Counted from the first letter of the stretch, positions 37,870 to 47,996 are shown. The stretch: 64,000 nt of DNA from an uncultured Solibacteraceae bacterium (GCA_963815475.1 CAWFHD010000003.1:4218566-4282565); one strand, 5' to 3'. Notes: a model not told the origin generated them from the sequence alone. Translations and numbers: made by a program.

Positions 37870-40598
37870 TGGCGGATTGGCGCATTCTCCGCGAGTGGAT
37901 TCAACGCCTCCGCGGCGCATTGCATTTCGGCCGGCGCGACGCCGACCTGGAAGAGGAAATCCGGTTCCACATCGAACTGGCGCAAGAGGCAGCTCAGCGC
38001 CGTGGCGTGGAGGACGGGGCGGCGCGTGAGCTGCGCATCAGAATCGGGAATGAGGTGCAGGCGTTGGACCTGCTCCGGGAACAGCGAGGTGTCGGCTGGT
38101 TCGAGGATTTCGTGCGCGATGTGCGCCTCGGAGTCCGAGGGTTCTGTCGGGCGCCCGCTTTCGCAGCCGTCGTGATCCTCACACTCGCCCTCGGCATTGG
38201 CGTAAACACTGCGATCTTCTCCATTGTGAACGGCGTGCTCTTGCGCCCCCTGGCGTATCCGTCCCCCGATCGGTTAATGTACATCAGCACGCAATTGCCG
38301 TCTCTCGGATTCTCACAATTCCCCGTCTCCGTTGCGGAGTATCTGGAGTTCCAGCAGTTCAACCGATCCTTCTCAAGCGTTGGAGCCTTCCGCCTCGGCG
38401 AAGCCAACCTGATTGCAGGCGATCGCGCGCTGCGAGTTCGCTCGGCGGTCGTCGACGCGCGCCTGCTGAACACGCTGGGAATCCAACCTGCTCAGGGGCG
38501 CCTTTTTTCTGCCAATGAAACCGGCCTCGTTAGCCCGCCGGCCGTGGCACTGATCTCGTACGAGTTGTGGCAGTCAGCCCTCGGCGCGAGGCCGATCGTC
38601 GGCCACAGCATAATCGTCGACGGAACAAGACTCCAGATTCTGGGGATTCTGGCGCGTGGCTCCGATCTCATGGACAGCCACCCGGAGATCTGGCTGCCGT
38701 GCGCCTTCACGGATGGCGAACGTCGTTCGCGCAACAATCATAATCTCTCGCTGATCGGCAGATTAAAGGAGGGCCTCACAGTGGCATCTGCCCGGGTCGA
38801 GTTGAATGCGCTCACCGAGACTTGGGCCATGCGCACCGGTATAAGGCCCGGCACGGGACACGCGGGTCACGTCTTTCTTCCGCAGGGGAATGGTCCGGAG
38901 GGCCACACCTTGCAGATGACGCCGCTCACAGACCAGATTCTAGGTCGCGTCAGCCGATCCATCTGTATGCTACAAGTCGCAGTCTTGCTTGTGCTCCTCA
39001 TCGCCTGTGCCAACGTGACGAATCTCCTACTCGCGCGCGCCCAGTTACATCATCGTGAGTTGGCTGTCCTGATCGCATTGGGAGCCAGCCGCGGGCGGCT
39101 CGTCCGGAAAACCCTCGCGGAGTCCCTGATCCTCTCGGCCGCCGGGGGCGCGCTCGGACTGCTGCTGGCGCGTGCTGTTCTCGACGCTCTGGTTCGTGCC
39201 TATCCGGCCAGTCTCCCGAGAATCGGCGAGGTCACGGTCGACCTCCGAGTGATGTTTGCGTCGTTTACCTTGTCCCTTGCAAGTGGCCTGCTCTTTGGGC
39301 TCGCCTCCACGATGTATCTTCGGGCTGACGCCACGGTGGAAGCCCTCAAGTCAGGCTCTCGCGTGTCAGGAGGTATGATCCGGCGGCACGTTCGCGGTGC
39401 GCTCGTCATCGCTGAGACTGCGCTCGCCGTCATCGTCGTGGTGGGGGCCGGACTCCTGCTGCGGACGGTGGACAACCTGAATGCCGTCGACGGAGGCTTC
39501 GATCGTTCACACCTGGTGACGTTCTCCGTTACCTTGCCGCCCACCGCTTCCGACCTCCTTGGGCGGGTCCGGATATACCAGAGGCTCGTGGAGCATTTGC
39601 GCGATATGGCCGGCCTCCGAGGGGCCACCGCGATGACCAGCTTACCGCTTGAGGAGCCGCTCTCGTCCCTCCAGACAGAGATCGCCAATCATACGGCGAC
39701 ATCCGGTCCGCCGATCCCCGCGATCAACCACTACCAGCGCGTCATGTCGGGATTTTTCGAAACGTTGGGCATCCCCATCGTCGAGGGCCGCGGCTTTCAA
39801 TCGACTGACGCGGCCTCCGGCGGCATGGTCGCCGTGGTCAACCAGGCACTGGCGAAAACCTACTGGAGCGGGCAGAACCCGATCGGTCAGCGGCTCCGAC
39901 CTTACAGTGAGAATGGAGGGAGCCCCTGGTTCACCGTCGTTGGCGTGGTCAAGGACGTCAAGCTGAGTGGTGTGGACCAGTCTGCCGGCACCCAAGTCTA
40001 CCTCCTTGTCGATCAACTCGCCACCGATTCTCCCACGACTTGGGTCGCTATCTCACCAACCAGCATGCAGATGGTAGTTCGAACAACTCTCCCTCCAGCG
40101 ACCCTCTCGTCGGCTATCGTCCGTGAGGTCCACAACGTCGATCCCTCGATACCGGTTGCGCATCTGCGCGAAATGGACGCGGTATTCAATGAGTCGATCG
40201 AGCGCCCGCGTCTCCTCGCCAGGTTGCTGGCGGGCTTCTCCGCGCTGGCGCTGCTACTGGCTGCTGTCGGCGTCTATGGTGTCCTGGCGTGCCTGGTGGC
40301 GGAACGGCGGCGAGAGATTGGCATCCGAATGGCACTCGGCGCCGGGCGGTCGAGAGTGCTTGGCGAGATCATCAAGACAGGTCTCCGCCTAACCGTTGCA
40401 GGTGTGCTTGCGGGGACGGCGAGCGCTGTCCTCCTGAACCGGCTGATCGCCTCTCTGCTGTTCGGTGTTGCGCCGACCGACGCGAGGGCGTTCGCGGCGG
40501 CGATTCTGGCGATCGTACTGATAGCCGCAGTGGCATCGTCGTTGCCGGCGTGGTGCGCAATGCGGGTGGACCCGAACGCAGTGCTTAGAGCGGAGTAA
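37869..40598 (+). CDS. MacB-like ADOP permease with N-terminal cytoplasmic prefix domain, translationally coupled to PadR
   Basis: A ~95-aa helical prefix (MADWRILREWIQRLRGALHFGRRDADLEEEIRFHIE...) precedes FAAVVILTLALGIGVNTAIFSIV and the duplicated FtsX halves. ATG 37869 overlaps the PadR TGA. Confidence 0.85.
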   Translation: MADWRILREWIQRLRGALHFGRRDADLEEEIRFHIELAQEAAQRRGVEDGAARELRIRIGNEVQALDLLREQRGVGWFEDFVRDVRLGVRGFCRAPAFAAVVILTLALGIGVNTAIFSIVNGVLLRPLAYPSPDRLMYISTQLPSLGFSQFPVSVAEYLEFQQFNRSFSSVGAFRLGEANLIAGDRALRVRSAVVDARLLNTLGIQPAQGRLFSANETGLVSPPAVALISYELWQSALGARPIVGHSIIVDGTRLQILGILARGSDLMDSHPEIWLPCAFTDGERRSRNNHNLSLIGRLKEGLTVASARVELNALTETWAMRTGIRPGTGHAGHVFLPQGNGPEGHTLQMTPLTDQILGRVSRSICMLQVAVLLVLLIACANVTNLLLARAQLHHRELAVLIALGASRGRLVRKTLAESLILSAAGGALGLLLARAVLDALVRAYPASLPRIGEVTVDLRVMFASFTLSLASGLLFGLASTMYLRADATVEALKSGSRVSGGMIRRHVRGALVIAETALAVIVVVGAGLLLRTVDNLNAVDGGFDRSHLVTFSVTLPPTASDLLGRVRIYQRLVEHLRDMAGLRGATAMTSLPLEEPLSSLQTEIANHTATSGPPIPAINHYQRVMSGFFETLGIPIVEGRGFQSTDAASGGMVAVVNQALAKTYWSGQNPIGQRLRPYSENGGSPWFTVVGVVKDVKLSGVDQSAGTQVYLLVDQLATDSPTTWVAISPTSMQMVVRTTLPPATLSSAIVREVHNVDPSIPVAHLREMDAVFNESIERPRLLARLLAGFSALALLLAAVGVYGVLACLVAERRREIGIRMALGAGRSRVLGEIIKTGLRLTVAGVLAGTASAVLLNRLIASLLFGVAPTDARAFAAAILAIVLIAAVASSLPAWCAMRVDPNAVLRAE

Positions 40599-40619
40599 GC
40601 CCAAGAGGCTCGATGTTCA

Positions 40620-43600
40620 TTAAGGTGCGATGCAGGCCCCTATTGCATCAATCCTCGCCGGTGTGCCGGCGGCGCCATGGCTGACGGATGCCTCCGTATA
40701 CCCGGAGAGAGGCGGCAAAGCCGATGGAATGTCGAAGGAAGGGAACAAGGCGGGACCGCCTTTCAGAGTGATCGACAATACGGTTTGCGGCTTATATCGC
40801 TGATCTCCCTCGGCCACGTACTCCCGTACGTAAACCAGACTGTGATCCTTTGTTCGCTCGATGGTGAGACTAACCGGAAACTTGTGGAGGCTCGCTGCGC
40901 TCGAGTCAGGATTGCGGATAGGCTTACCGTGGTCGATAGTGATCGCCGAAGACTCTTCCAAGTCGCTGGAAGGCGGGAGAAGGTCGTAAGCGACGCGCTC
41001 TGGCGTACTGGACGACAGATGCACGTCACCTCCAATCTTCACTCGGTAGGTGTCGATGTTTGTGTAGTGTCCGGACTCAACACGCGTCGTTACCTCGAAA
41101 CAAGTCGGTTTGGCGAACACCTTTGCGCTTTCGGCAACGCGCTCACCGCCTCCGGCCTGCAACTTTAACGATGGAGTGCCCGAGTATACATATCCCGCCC
41201 AAAAGCGAGGCTGTTTGTACTCTGTTTTCGCCACCATGTCGAGTTGGGCCATGCGCACGGCTTCGGCTGGGCCGGCCTCCAGGTGGGCGTAGAAGAACTG
41301 CATGAAGCGGCGGCCCGCCTGATCGTCCACTGGCCAGAGACTCATCACCAGCCCTTGGGCTCCCGCCATAGCGAATGCGGCCTGCAAACCGAGAACACCC
41401 TGTCCATCCACCGCGGCGCCTTGTCCGGCTTCGCAGGTAGACAACACAACCAGCTTGGTTCCATATAACCGCAGGCTCGCGATTTCCAGCCCCGTGAGCA
41501 AGCCGTCCTCCGGACCGGTCTGCGGACGATTGGCGCCCGCAAGCGCTATGACCGATTGCAGCAGCGGGTTTTGCATGGCAAGATTCATAGGGTATTCAAA
41601 TAAATCGTACGAGGCATTAGGTGACTCTCTCCCCAAGTCGGGAATGCTGTGAGTTGCAAGGTGGAGGATCTCCGGTCCACCGATGGAGCGGACTGCCGAC
41701 TCAGTCGCGAACTTACCAGTCAGCACCCGGTCCGGCGGTAGATGCAGGGCTTGGAGCACATCGTTCGCTTCCAGTGCCGTCGCAGGCAGGGCTTCGAATC
41801 GAATTGGCATGGAGCCGGCAGGCCCGGCGGTGGAACTGCCCAGCACGGCATCGAAATCGGGATTCGCAATCACGATCGGCGCCGTCGTTTTGTTCGGACC
41901 CCTGGAATCAGGCGCGTGTCCCAGAACGTCATAACTTGTATAAGAAACGGTATAACGCTGGTGCAAGTATTGCCCACGCGAATCGATGAAGGCGTTGATT
42001 GGCGCCAAGGTGAGCTTGCCATCCGTCAAGATAACAAGCTTGGTCACTCCGTTCAGGGTTCCTTCCAACGGAAAAATCACCTCCTGATATAAGCGCTTTA
42101 GTAATTGATTGGTAAGGTCTGCACCCCCTGCGGTTGATTGTGGGCGGACGTTCACTCCCCGCGTTCTTGATCCGGCCACGCTACTTTCGAGGGCTGCGAC
42201 ATCCCGGTCAATGGTGTCGGCGGGCCCCAGGCGGACGTATTTGGTCGGCTGCCCTTTTCTGGTTACGAAGGCGCCGTACTCGCGATGAGACTGGCTCGGA
42301 GACGCTTGATCGATTCGTTGCCACACTGTAATGTCAATTGCCGCCGCGTCGGCGGTGAGAAAGCTGTCGATCGCCGGCTTACCAAGCGCCCGATCGCCTT
42401 GGAGGTGTCCCAACATTTCAGTGAGAGCTTGCTCTGACTGTTCGATACGCGTGAACTCCTCCTGGTGAGATTCACCACCGTACAGTGCAGCGGCAACAAA
42501 CGTGTGCGCATGGCGGATTCGCAGGGCGGCCAGTTCATCCAACATCGGTGGAGTGCCGCTGTTTGACATGTAGGAAACGCCCGGGTTGTTGCGATCCTCC
42601 TCCGATCGGGCCGTGACATCGGCAATGGTTTTCAAATATCCGCCCTTAACCTCTCGGATCGCCTCGTAGGCTTTGGCAACCCGTTCGGGAGATGCGTTTC
42701 CATCCAGGAGTATGGACATCCTGAGGGACACGCGCGCATTTAGAAACTCCAGCACGCGAGCGCGATCCGAATCCGAGCCCCGAATCAGCGAATAGTGCTC
42801 GTTCAAAGTCGCTCCCCCAAAAGCTTTGGTTGAAATCATGGCAGCGGCGGCTTCCGCTCCGCTAGTGAGCCACCGGTCCACGTTCAGAATGTCGGCCAAT
42901 GCTGCGTCGCTCTCCTCCTTAAAGTAAGAACTTCTGGTTTTTATGTCCGGGCCGCGGCTGTACCATTCCGGAATTCCCGGCACTTCCATCTCTGGCCTCA
43001 GGGCCTTGCCCGCAGTTTCGGTTTGGATGCGCTTCGCAATGTCGGCGGCCGTGTGAAAGTCGCCGTGCCGTGCGTAGAAGCCGGCCATATCTCTTAACAG
43101 ATCCCAGTACGGATCGCTGATTGTCATCTTCTCGCGCTTTTGGGCCGCTTCCTTCCACATGATTTCCGCCTCATTCCACTTCCCCGCTTTCTCCAAAAGA
43201 CGAGACCGGAAATAAATTGCGGCGTCCGCGTCCTCCAGGCGGACATATTGATTGGCGAGACCCGTTGCTTCCACGAACTCCTGGTTGGCTCGGGCCAGAC
43301 TGCCTTTCGCGGCGTCAAGGCGTCCCACCTGGATCAGCAACCGTAACAGGTGAGCTCGGCATGTGGTGAGCTGCGTGACCTGATTCGCATCTTGGGAAAG
43401 CGATTGGATGCTTGAACGCCTAATGTCCACGGCCTGCGAAAAATGTTGATAAGCCCGATCGAAATCCCGAACCTCCAGGTATGACCGCCCAACATGGTCG
43501 AGCATCCAGGCGAGATCGCTGCCAGTCGGCCCTTCCCGCTGACGGAGCCCGCTGAGCATGCTTTTATAAGAATTCTCGGCGGACTGGAAGTCCCCGCGCA

Positions 43601-43781
43601 GCAGACTGACGTCGGTCTCCGTGATTTGGTCGCGGCCCAAGTGAAGACGGTTGTCGTAAAGCTCTCTGCCGCTTCGTACCATGCGGCCGACCAGCAGCGA
43701 GGCTTCGCGAAACTGGAATGGACTTTGTCCGGAAAGAACCTGAACCAAGAGAATGAAGACTAGTGCGGCACGGACTTGCAT
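40620..43781 (-). CDS. Secreted TPR-repeat CHAT-domain (caspase-fold) protease with unassigned ~190-aa C-terminal domain
   Basis: ATG 43781 is preceded by AGGAG. Signal peptide MQVRAALVFILLVQVLSGQ. TPR-like helical region. The CHAT catalytic dyad contexts are ILHLATHS and VVLSTCEAGQG. The track ORF extends a further 105 codons upstream. Confidence 0.8.
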   Translation of the reverse strand: MQVRAALVFILLVQVLSGQSPFQFREASLLVGRMVRSGRELYDNRLHLGRDQITETDVSLLRGDFQSAENSYKSMLSGLRQREGPTGSDLAWMLDHVGRSYLEVRDFDRAYQHFSQAVDIRRSSIQSLSQDANQVTQLTTCRAHLLRLLIQVGRLDAAKGSLARANQEFVEATGLANQYVRLEDADAAIYFRSRLLEKAGKWNEAEIMWKEAAQKREKMTISDPYWDLLRDMAGFYARHGDFHTAADIAKRIQTETAGKALRPEMEVPGIPEWYSRGPDIKTRSSYFKEESDAALADILNVDRWLTSGAEAAAAMISTKAFGGATLNEHYSLIRGSDSDRARVLEFLNARVSLRMSILLDGNASPERVAKAYEAIREVKGGYLKTIADVTARSEEDRNNPGVSYMSNSGTPPMLDELAALRIRHAHTFVAAALYGGESHQEEFTRIEQSEQALTEMLGHLQGDRALGKPAIDSFLTADAAAIDITVWQRIDQASPSQSHREYGAFVTRKGQPTKYVRLGPADTIDRDVAALESSVAGSRTRGVNVRPQSTAGGADLTNQLLKRLYQEVIFPLEGTLNGVTKLVILTDGKLTLAPINAFIDSRGQYLHQRYTVSYTSYDVLGHAPDSRGPNKTTAPIVIANPDFDAVLGSSTAGPAGSMPIRFEALPATALEANDVLQALHLPPDRVLTGKFATESAVRSIGGPEILHLATHSIPDLGRESPNASYDLFEYPMNLAMQNPLLQSVIALAGANRPQTGPEDGLLTGLEIASLRLYGTKLVVLSTCEAGQGAAVDGQGVLGLQAAFAMAGAQGLVMSLWPVDDQAGRRFMQFFYAHLEAGPAEAVRMAQLDMVAKTEYKQPRFWAGYVYSGTPSLKLQAGGGERVAESAKVFAKPTCFEVTTRVESGHYTNIDTYRVKIGGDVHLSSSTPERVAYDLLPPSSDLEESSAITIDHGKPIRNPDSSAASLHKFPVSLTIERTKDHSLVYVREYVAEGDQRYKPQTVLSITLKGGPALFPSFDIPSALPPLSGYTEASVSHGAAGTPARIDAIGACIAP

Positions 43782-44004
43782 ACGAACACTCCTGTCGAAT
43801 GAGTTGGTGCGGTAGCCCACTATATGATATTCGCGATTGCCACGATCAACAAGGCGTCGGGCACATCGCACACATGGCCGTGCGCTTTTCGCCGGCTCCC
43901 CCTTTCGAGGCGCTCGACGTGAGGGAACATCCGCTGGAGTCGCAAATAAAAAGCCCAGAATCGCTCCGGCTACATCGGAGCGGCATAGGGGTGAAGAATC
44001 TACG

Positions 44005-45753
44005 ATGAATGGCGTAAAGAATTCTCTTTGGTTGGCAAGTGCGATGTTGATAGGGTGCCTGGCATCCGTTATGGTGCTGCACACCAGCGGAAGCACTGCC
44101 GCGCACGCGCAAGCGGCTGGTAATCAGAAACCGAACATTCTCTTTATCATGGGCGATGACATCGGCTGGATGCAGCCAAGCATCTACCATCGCGGCTTGA
44201 TGGTTGGGGAGACGCCGAACATCGACCGCATCGGGAATGAAGGTGCAATCTTTATGGACTATGTCGCCATGCAGAGCTGCACCTCCGGGCGTAATGCCTT
44301 CTTTACCGGCATGTATCCACTGCGCACGGGGATGATCCCGCCGCAACTTCCCGGCAGCCCGTCCTACCTGAGGCCCGGCACACCGGCGATGGCCAAGTTC
44401 TTGCATGATCTCGGCTACACCACCGGCGAGTTCGGCAAGAACCACCTCGGCGACCACACTGCGTCCCTGCCCACGGCGCACGGCTTCCAGGAGTATTGGG
44501 GCTATCTCTACCACCTCGACGCGATGCAGGGAGTGAGTTTCCCCGACATCAACAGTTCCCCGTCACAGCAGGTGGTAGCGCCACCGTGCAGGAACACGCC
44601 AATCCCGGGTGTCCCGGAGGTTCCCGGCGCCGTGGATCCGAAGACAACCACCTGCCTGACACCACCGCGCCCGGTGCTATGGTGCCACTCCTCGGACGGC
44701 ACGGAAAAGAACCAGAGGTGCAAGGATGAAGGGCCGCTCACGCTGGATCGCTCGAGAACGGTGGACGAGGAGATTTCCGCCAAGGTGGTCGACTTCCTGG
44801 ATCGCAACGACCCCAAGAAGACCAACCAACCGTTCTTCGTGTGGTACAACCCGGCGCGCATGCACGTCACCACGATGCTGCCGCCGAAGTACGAAGCCAT
44901 GCTGGGTACGAAGGGCGGCAAAGACTGGGGTGTCAACGAAGCTGGCATGAAGCAGATGGACGACAACATCGGAGTGGTGCTTGCGAAGCTGGAAGAGATG
45001 GGCCAACTGGATAATACTATTGTCGTCTTTACCACGGACAACGGAGCTGAGGCGATCAGCTTCCCGGACGGCGGCGTCACTCCCTTCAAAGGTCAGAAAG
45101 GCGAGGCATGGGAGGGCGGATACCGCGCTCCATGCGTGATCCGCTGGCCGGGGCATATCAAGCCGGGGACGATCAAAAATCAGCTTTTTGCGGCTCTCGA
45201 CTGGTTGCCGACGTTTGTCGACATCGCGGGAGGTCCGGCGGGTGACGACCTGAAGAAGCAGATCGAGGCGGGCAAGTACTCAGGCATCGTCAAAACCACG
45301 CTCGACGGCATGGACCAGCGCGAATACCTCGAAGGAAGATCGGACAAATCGGCACGCGACTACTTCTTCTACTTCTCCGGCTCGACGCCGTCCGCAGTCC
45401 GCTATAAGAACTGGAAGATGTATTACACCATGTCGCAGCCCGGGCCAGCCGGCTGGATCATGCCGCTCATCCCGTTCCACTTCACGTTGGTCCAGAACAT
45501 CAAGCGCGATCCTTTTGAGTCATCGGTTGGCATCGACCAGAAGACGGCGATGAGCTTGGGTGGCGCCCTCGCCGCCCCCATGACCGCGTTTCAGTACGAC
45601 TGGAACATGCTCCCGATCGGGCAGCAGTTGTGGCTGAAGCACCTCGAGTCATACATACCGTATCCGCCGTTGCAGGAAGCGGCCTCCTACAACCTGAGTC
45701 AGGTCATCGATCAGGTCAAGAAAGCGCAATCGGCAAGTCACGCAGGTGAGTAG
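44005..45753 (+). CDS. Secreted arylsulfatase (formylglycine-dependent sulfatase family)
   Basis: NILFIMGDDIGW metal-binding block. Sulfatase signature SCTSGRNAFFTG. Signal peptide after ATG 44005. Confidence 0.85.
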   Translation: MNGVKNSLWLASAMLIGCLASVMVLHTSGSTAAHAQAAGNQKPNILFIMGDDIGWMQPSIYHRGLMVGETPNIDRIGNEGAIFMDYVAMQSCTSGRNAFFTGMYPLRTGMIPPQLPGSPSYLRPGTPAMAKFLHDLGYTTGEFGKNHLGDHTASLPTAHGFQEYWGYLYHLDAMQGVSFPDINSSPSQQVVAPPCRNTPIPGVPEVPGAVDPKTTTCLTPPRPVLWCHSSDGTEKNQRCKDEGPLTLDRSRTVDEEISAKVVDFLDRNDPKKTNQPFFVWYNPARMHVTTMLPPKYEAMLGTKGGKDWGVNEAGMKQMDDNIGVVLAKLEEMGQLDNTIVVFTTDNGAEAISFPDGGVTPFKGQKGEAWEGGYRAPCVIRWPGHIKPGTIKNQLFAALDWLPTFVDIAGGPAGDDLKKQIEAGKYSGIVKTTLDGMDQREYLEGRSDKSARDYFFYFSGSTPSAVRYKNWKMYYTMSQPGPAGWIMPLIPFHFTLVQNIKRDPFESSVGIDQKTAMSLGGALAAPMTAFQYDWNMLPIGQQLWLKHLESYIPYPPLQEAASYNLSQVIDQVKKAQSASHAGE

Positions 45754-45776
45754 TGGAGAATCGATAGCGCAAATGT

Positions 45777-45806
45777 GGGGGCGAGGAACGGAGTTTCCTC
45801 GCCCCC
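45777..45806. terminator. Strong hairpin between convergent genes (probable bidirectional terminator)
   Basis: GGGGGCGAGGAA-cggagt-TTCCTCGCCCCC is a perfect 12-bp stem, 24 nt after the sulfatase stop. It is followed by tggttctatt. Confidence 0.6.
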
Positions 45807-45915
45807 TGGTTCTATTCCCGAAACCAACAAGTCTAAGAGGCGCAGGAGGACGTGGCGAGGGAGAGGTCGATACGGGCGAATCGCAGCGTGCGCGAACCCG
45901 GGCACAAGCAGGCGA

Positions 45916-47127
45916 TTATTGTGGGCGATAGTGAATGAAGAACCTGTCGCTTGGCCAGGTGAAGTATTGCGGATGTGTCCTGCATACCTCCGCATCTTTG
46001 CGAGTCAGATCTACCGGGCATGCATACTGCAGGTATTCGTTATAACTTTCCTGAGCCAGGTGATAGTCCAGAACGTTTTGCCGCATCTCGATTTGCGCCA
46101 CATCCAACTGATGCGCAACTGCATTTCGATACTCCAGGGCACCCTTCTTAATGTCCTCGACGGCACGCCCCTTGAACCCATACGAGACGATTGTGGGTTC
46201 CTGGCCAAGCTGCACCACCCTGAATTCAGCCGCGAGGTTTGGCTTTTCCCCGTACACTACGAATGAAAAGAGCCCGGCGACTCCAAAGTCGTCGTAACTC
46301 GGGAACATCGCTGCCCTGCCGCCGTCTTCCGGGTGGTTGTGAAAAAACACCATCGGCTTACCGGCTTTGATGACGGCCTTCAGTTTTTCCGGATCGTGCC
46401 GAACCCTGTCCTTGGTGGAATAGAGAGTCAGATCGTGCAGCTCGCCGTTATAAACGACGAGATGTTCCTTGCCGTCGGCATGTGTTCTGAAGTATTCCGT
46501 AGCGGCCCTATCGGCATCGTCGATCTCGCGGGGAGCTGGAACAAGCTCCGTGTCTTTCACTTTTTGGAGAACTTTCTCATACGTCGGAGTGTCCCAATGC
46601 TGATACGCGGCATACGCCTGCAAATACTCCTTGTAGCGCGCCTCGCCCGTAACTCGCAGAACGCAGTTTTCTTCGGCAGCTTCAATATTTGCGCCGTTCC
46701 GGTGGTACCCGGCCAGATCGTCGTTCATAACATGGCAAACTTCATGCAGCGATGAGGCCTCAAAGAGAATATCCGGCTGATTCTCCAGAAAGTCGGCGGT
46801 GACGTTGATAATGAATGCTTCGTTCCGCATTTCCTCGTCGCGCACGACATCGGTAAATACATCGCCAACCGTCGCCGCGTTGTATCCCGCCTCTACCGGA
46901 TTATTGACCAGCCGAAGGCTGATCTTGTAGCTTGCGCCCAATTTCGGCATTGCTTCCGTGATTTTGCGTTGATACTCCGCCACTTTCTGGTCCAGACCAC
47001 GCTCAGTGATACATGCTTGCGAGATCTCAAATCCGGCGTAGCAGGGGGATAATTGTGCCCAGGCGGAAACGGACACCGCCAGGAGAAAGATAGCTGAACC
47101 AATGAATTCTCTCAAATCTGCCCTCAC
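45916..47127 (-). CDS. Secreted hypothetical two-domain protein: HExxH metallopeptidase-like N-half and JAB/MPN-like C-half
   Basis: GTG start after AGGAA. Signal peptide IGSAIFLLAVSVSAWAQ. SSLHEVCHVMNDDLAGYH (HExxH). FFHNHPEDGGRAAMFPSYDD resembles the HxHP...SxxD JAMM/RadC-type motif. GC is ~50% on five hand-counted 60-nt lines. Confidence 0.55.
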   Translation of the reverse strand: MRADLREFIGSAIFLLAVSVSAWAQLSPCYAGFEISQACITERGLDQKVAEYQRKITEAMPKLGASYKISLRLVNNPVEAGYNAATVGDVFTDVVRDEEMRNEAFIINVTADFLENQPDILFEASSLHEVCHVMNDDLAGYHRNGANIEAAEENCVLRVTGEARYKEYLQAYAAYQHWDTPTYEKVLQKVKDTELVPAPREIDDADRAATEYFRTHADGKEHLVVYNGELHDLTLYSTKDRVRHDPEKLKAVIKAGKPMVFFHNHPEDGGRAAMFPSYDDFGVAGLFSFVVYGEKPNLAAEFRVVQLGQEPTIVSYGFKGRAVEDIKKGALEYRNAVAHQLDVAQIEMRQNVLDYHLAQESYNEYLQYACPVDLTRKDAEVCRTHPQYFTWPSDRFFIHYRPQ

Positions 47128-47237
47128 GGTTTCCTGTGGGTTTGTGCTCTTGGGTCCTGAAGAAGTTTGTAATCTTTGAGGCTATCCCATTCGAAATGAG
47201 ACTGCAAGGCGCTGACGGATACGCAGGCGGTTTCCGC

Positions 47238-47996
47238 TCAGAATGGATTCGAAAGCAAAGTCCGGATCTTCTCCCCGTAAGTCCGGCCGGATTGCAGCCG
47301 CTCCCCGGAAAGCAGTTCCAAAACGTATTGCCCGTGCACTAGCGTCCAGAGCTGCTTGATGTGCCGGAGATTGATGATATAGGAGCGGTGGATGCGCACG
47401 AACCGCTCCGGATCGAGCGAGGTCTCGATCGTGTTCATCGACACGTGCAGCGGATGAGTCGCCGCACGGGTATGCACCAGGACGTAGTTCTGCGCCGCCT
47501 CGATCCATTCCACTTCCTCGATCGGGACGAAAATCGTGCCGTCGCCCGATCGAATGGCAAGGCGCGAAAGATGTCGCCGCGGATTCGCGATGGCATCAAG
47601 CACCGTCAGCATTTGGCGTGTCGATTCGTCTGCTGGCGCCGTCCGGACCCGGTTTCTGGCTCGTTCGAAGGCTATCCGAAAGCGCTCCTCCGTCACCGGT
47701 TTCAGCAGATAATCCACAGCGCTGATTTCGAACGCACGAATCGCATATTGGTCGTGGGCCGTTACAAATATCACGGCGGGCATCTTATCGGCGCCCACTG
47801 CTTCCACCACGCCGAAACCATCCAACCGCGGCATCTGGACGTCCAGCACTACCAGGTCCGGCTTCTCGTCTCGGATTTTGGCTACCGCCTCCCGTCCGTT
47901 TCGCGCTTCCATCGCTTGCGCATCGCCGCTGAGCATCAATTTGATTCCCTCGCGCGCGAGTGGCTCGTCATCCACAATCAGGACTTTCAAACGCAT
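47238..47996 (-). CDS. LytR/AlgR-family response regulator (REC + LytTR DNA-binding domain)
   Basis: MRLKVLIVDDEPLAREGI...DLVVLDVQMPRLDG receiver domain. The LytTR C-terminus reads FVRIHRSYIINLRHI. Confidence 0.9.
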   Translation of the reverse strand: MRLKVLIVDDEPLAREGIKLMLSGDAQAMEARNGREAVAKIRDEKPDLVVLDVQMPRLDGFGVVEAVGADKMPAVIFVTAHDQYAIRAFEISAVDYLLKPVTEERFRIAFERARNRVRTAPADESTRQMLTVLDAIANPRRHLSRLAIRSGDGTIFVPIEEVEWIEAAQNYVLVHTRAATHPLHVSMNTIETSLDPERFVRIHRSYIINLRHIKQLWTLVHGQYVLELLSGERLQSGRTYGEKIRTLLSNPF

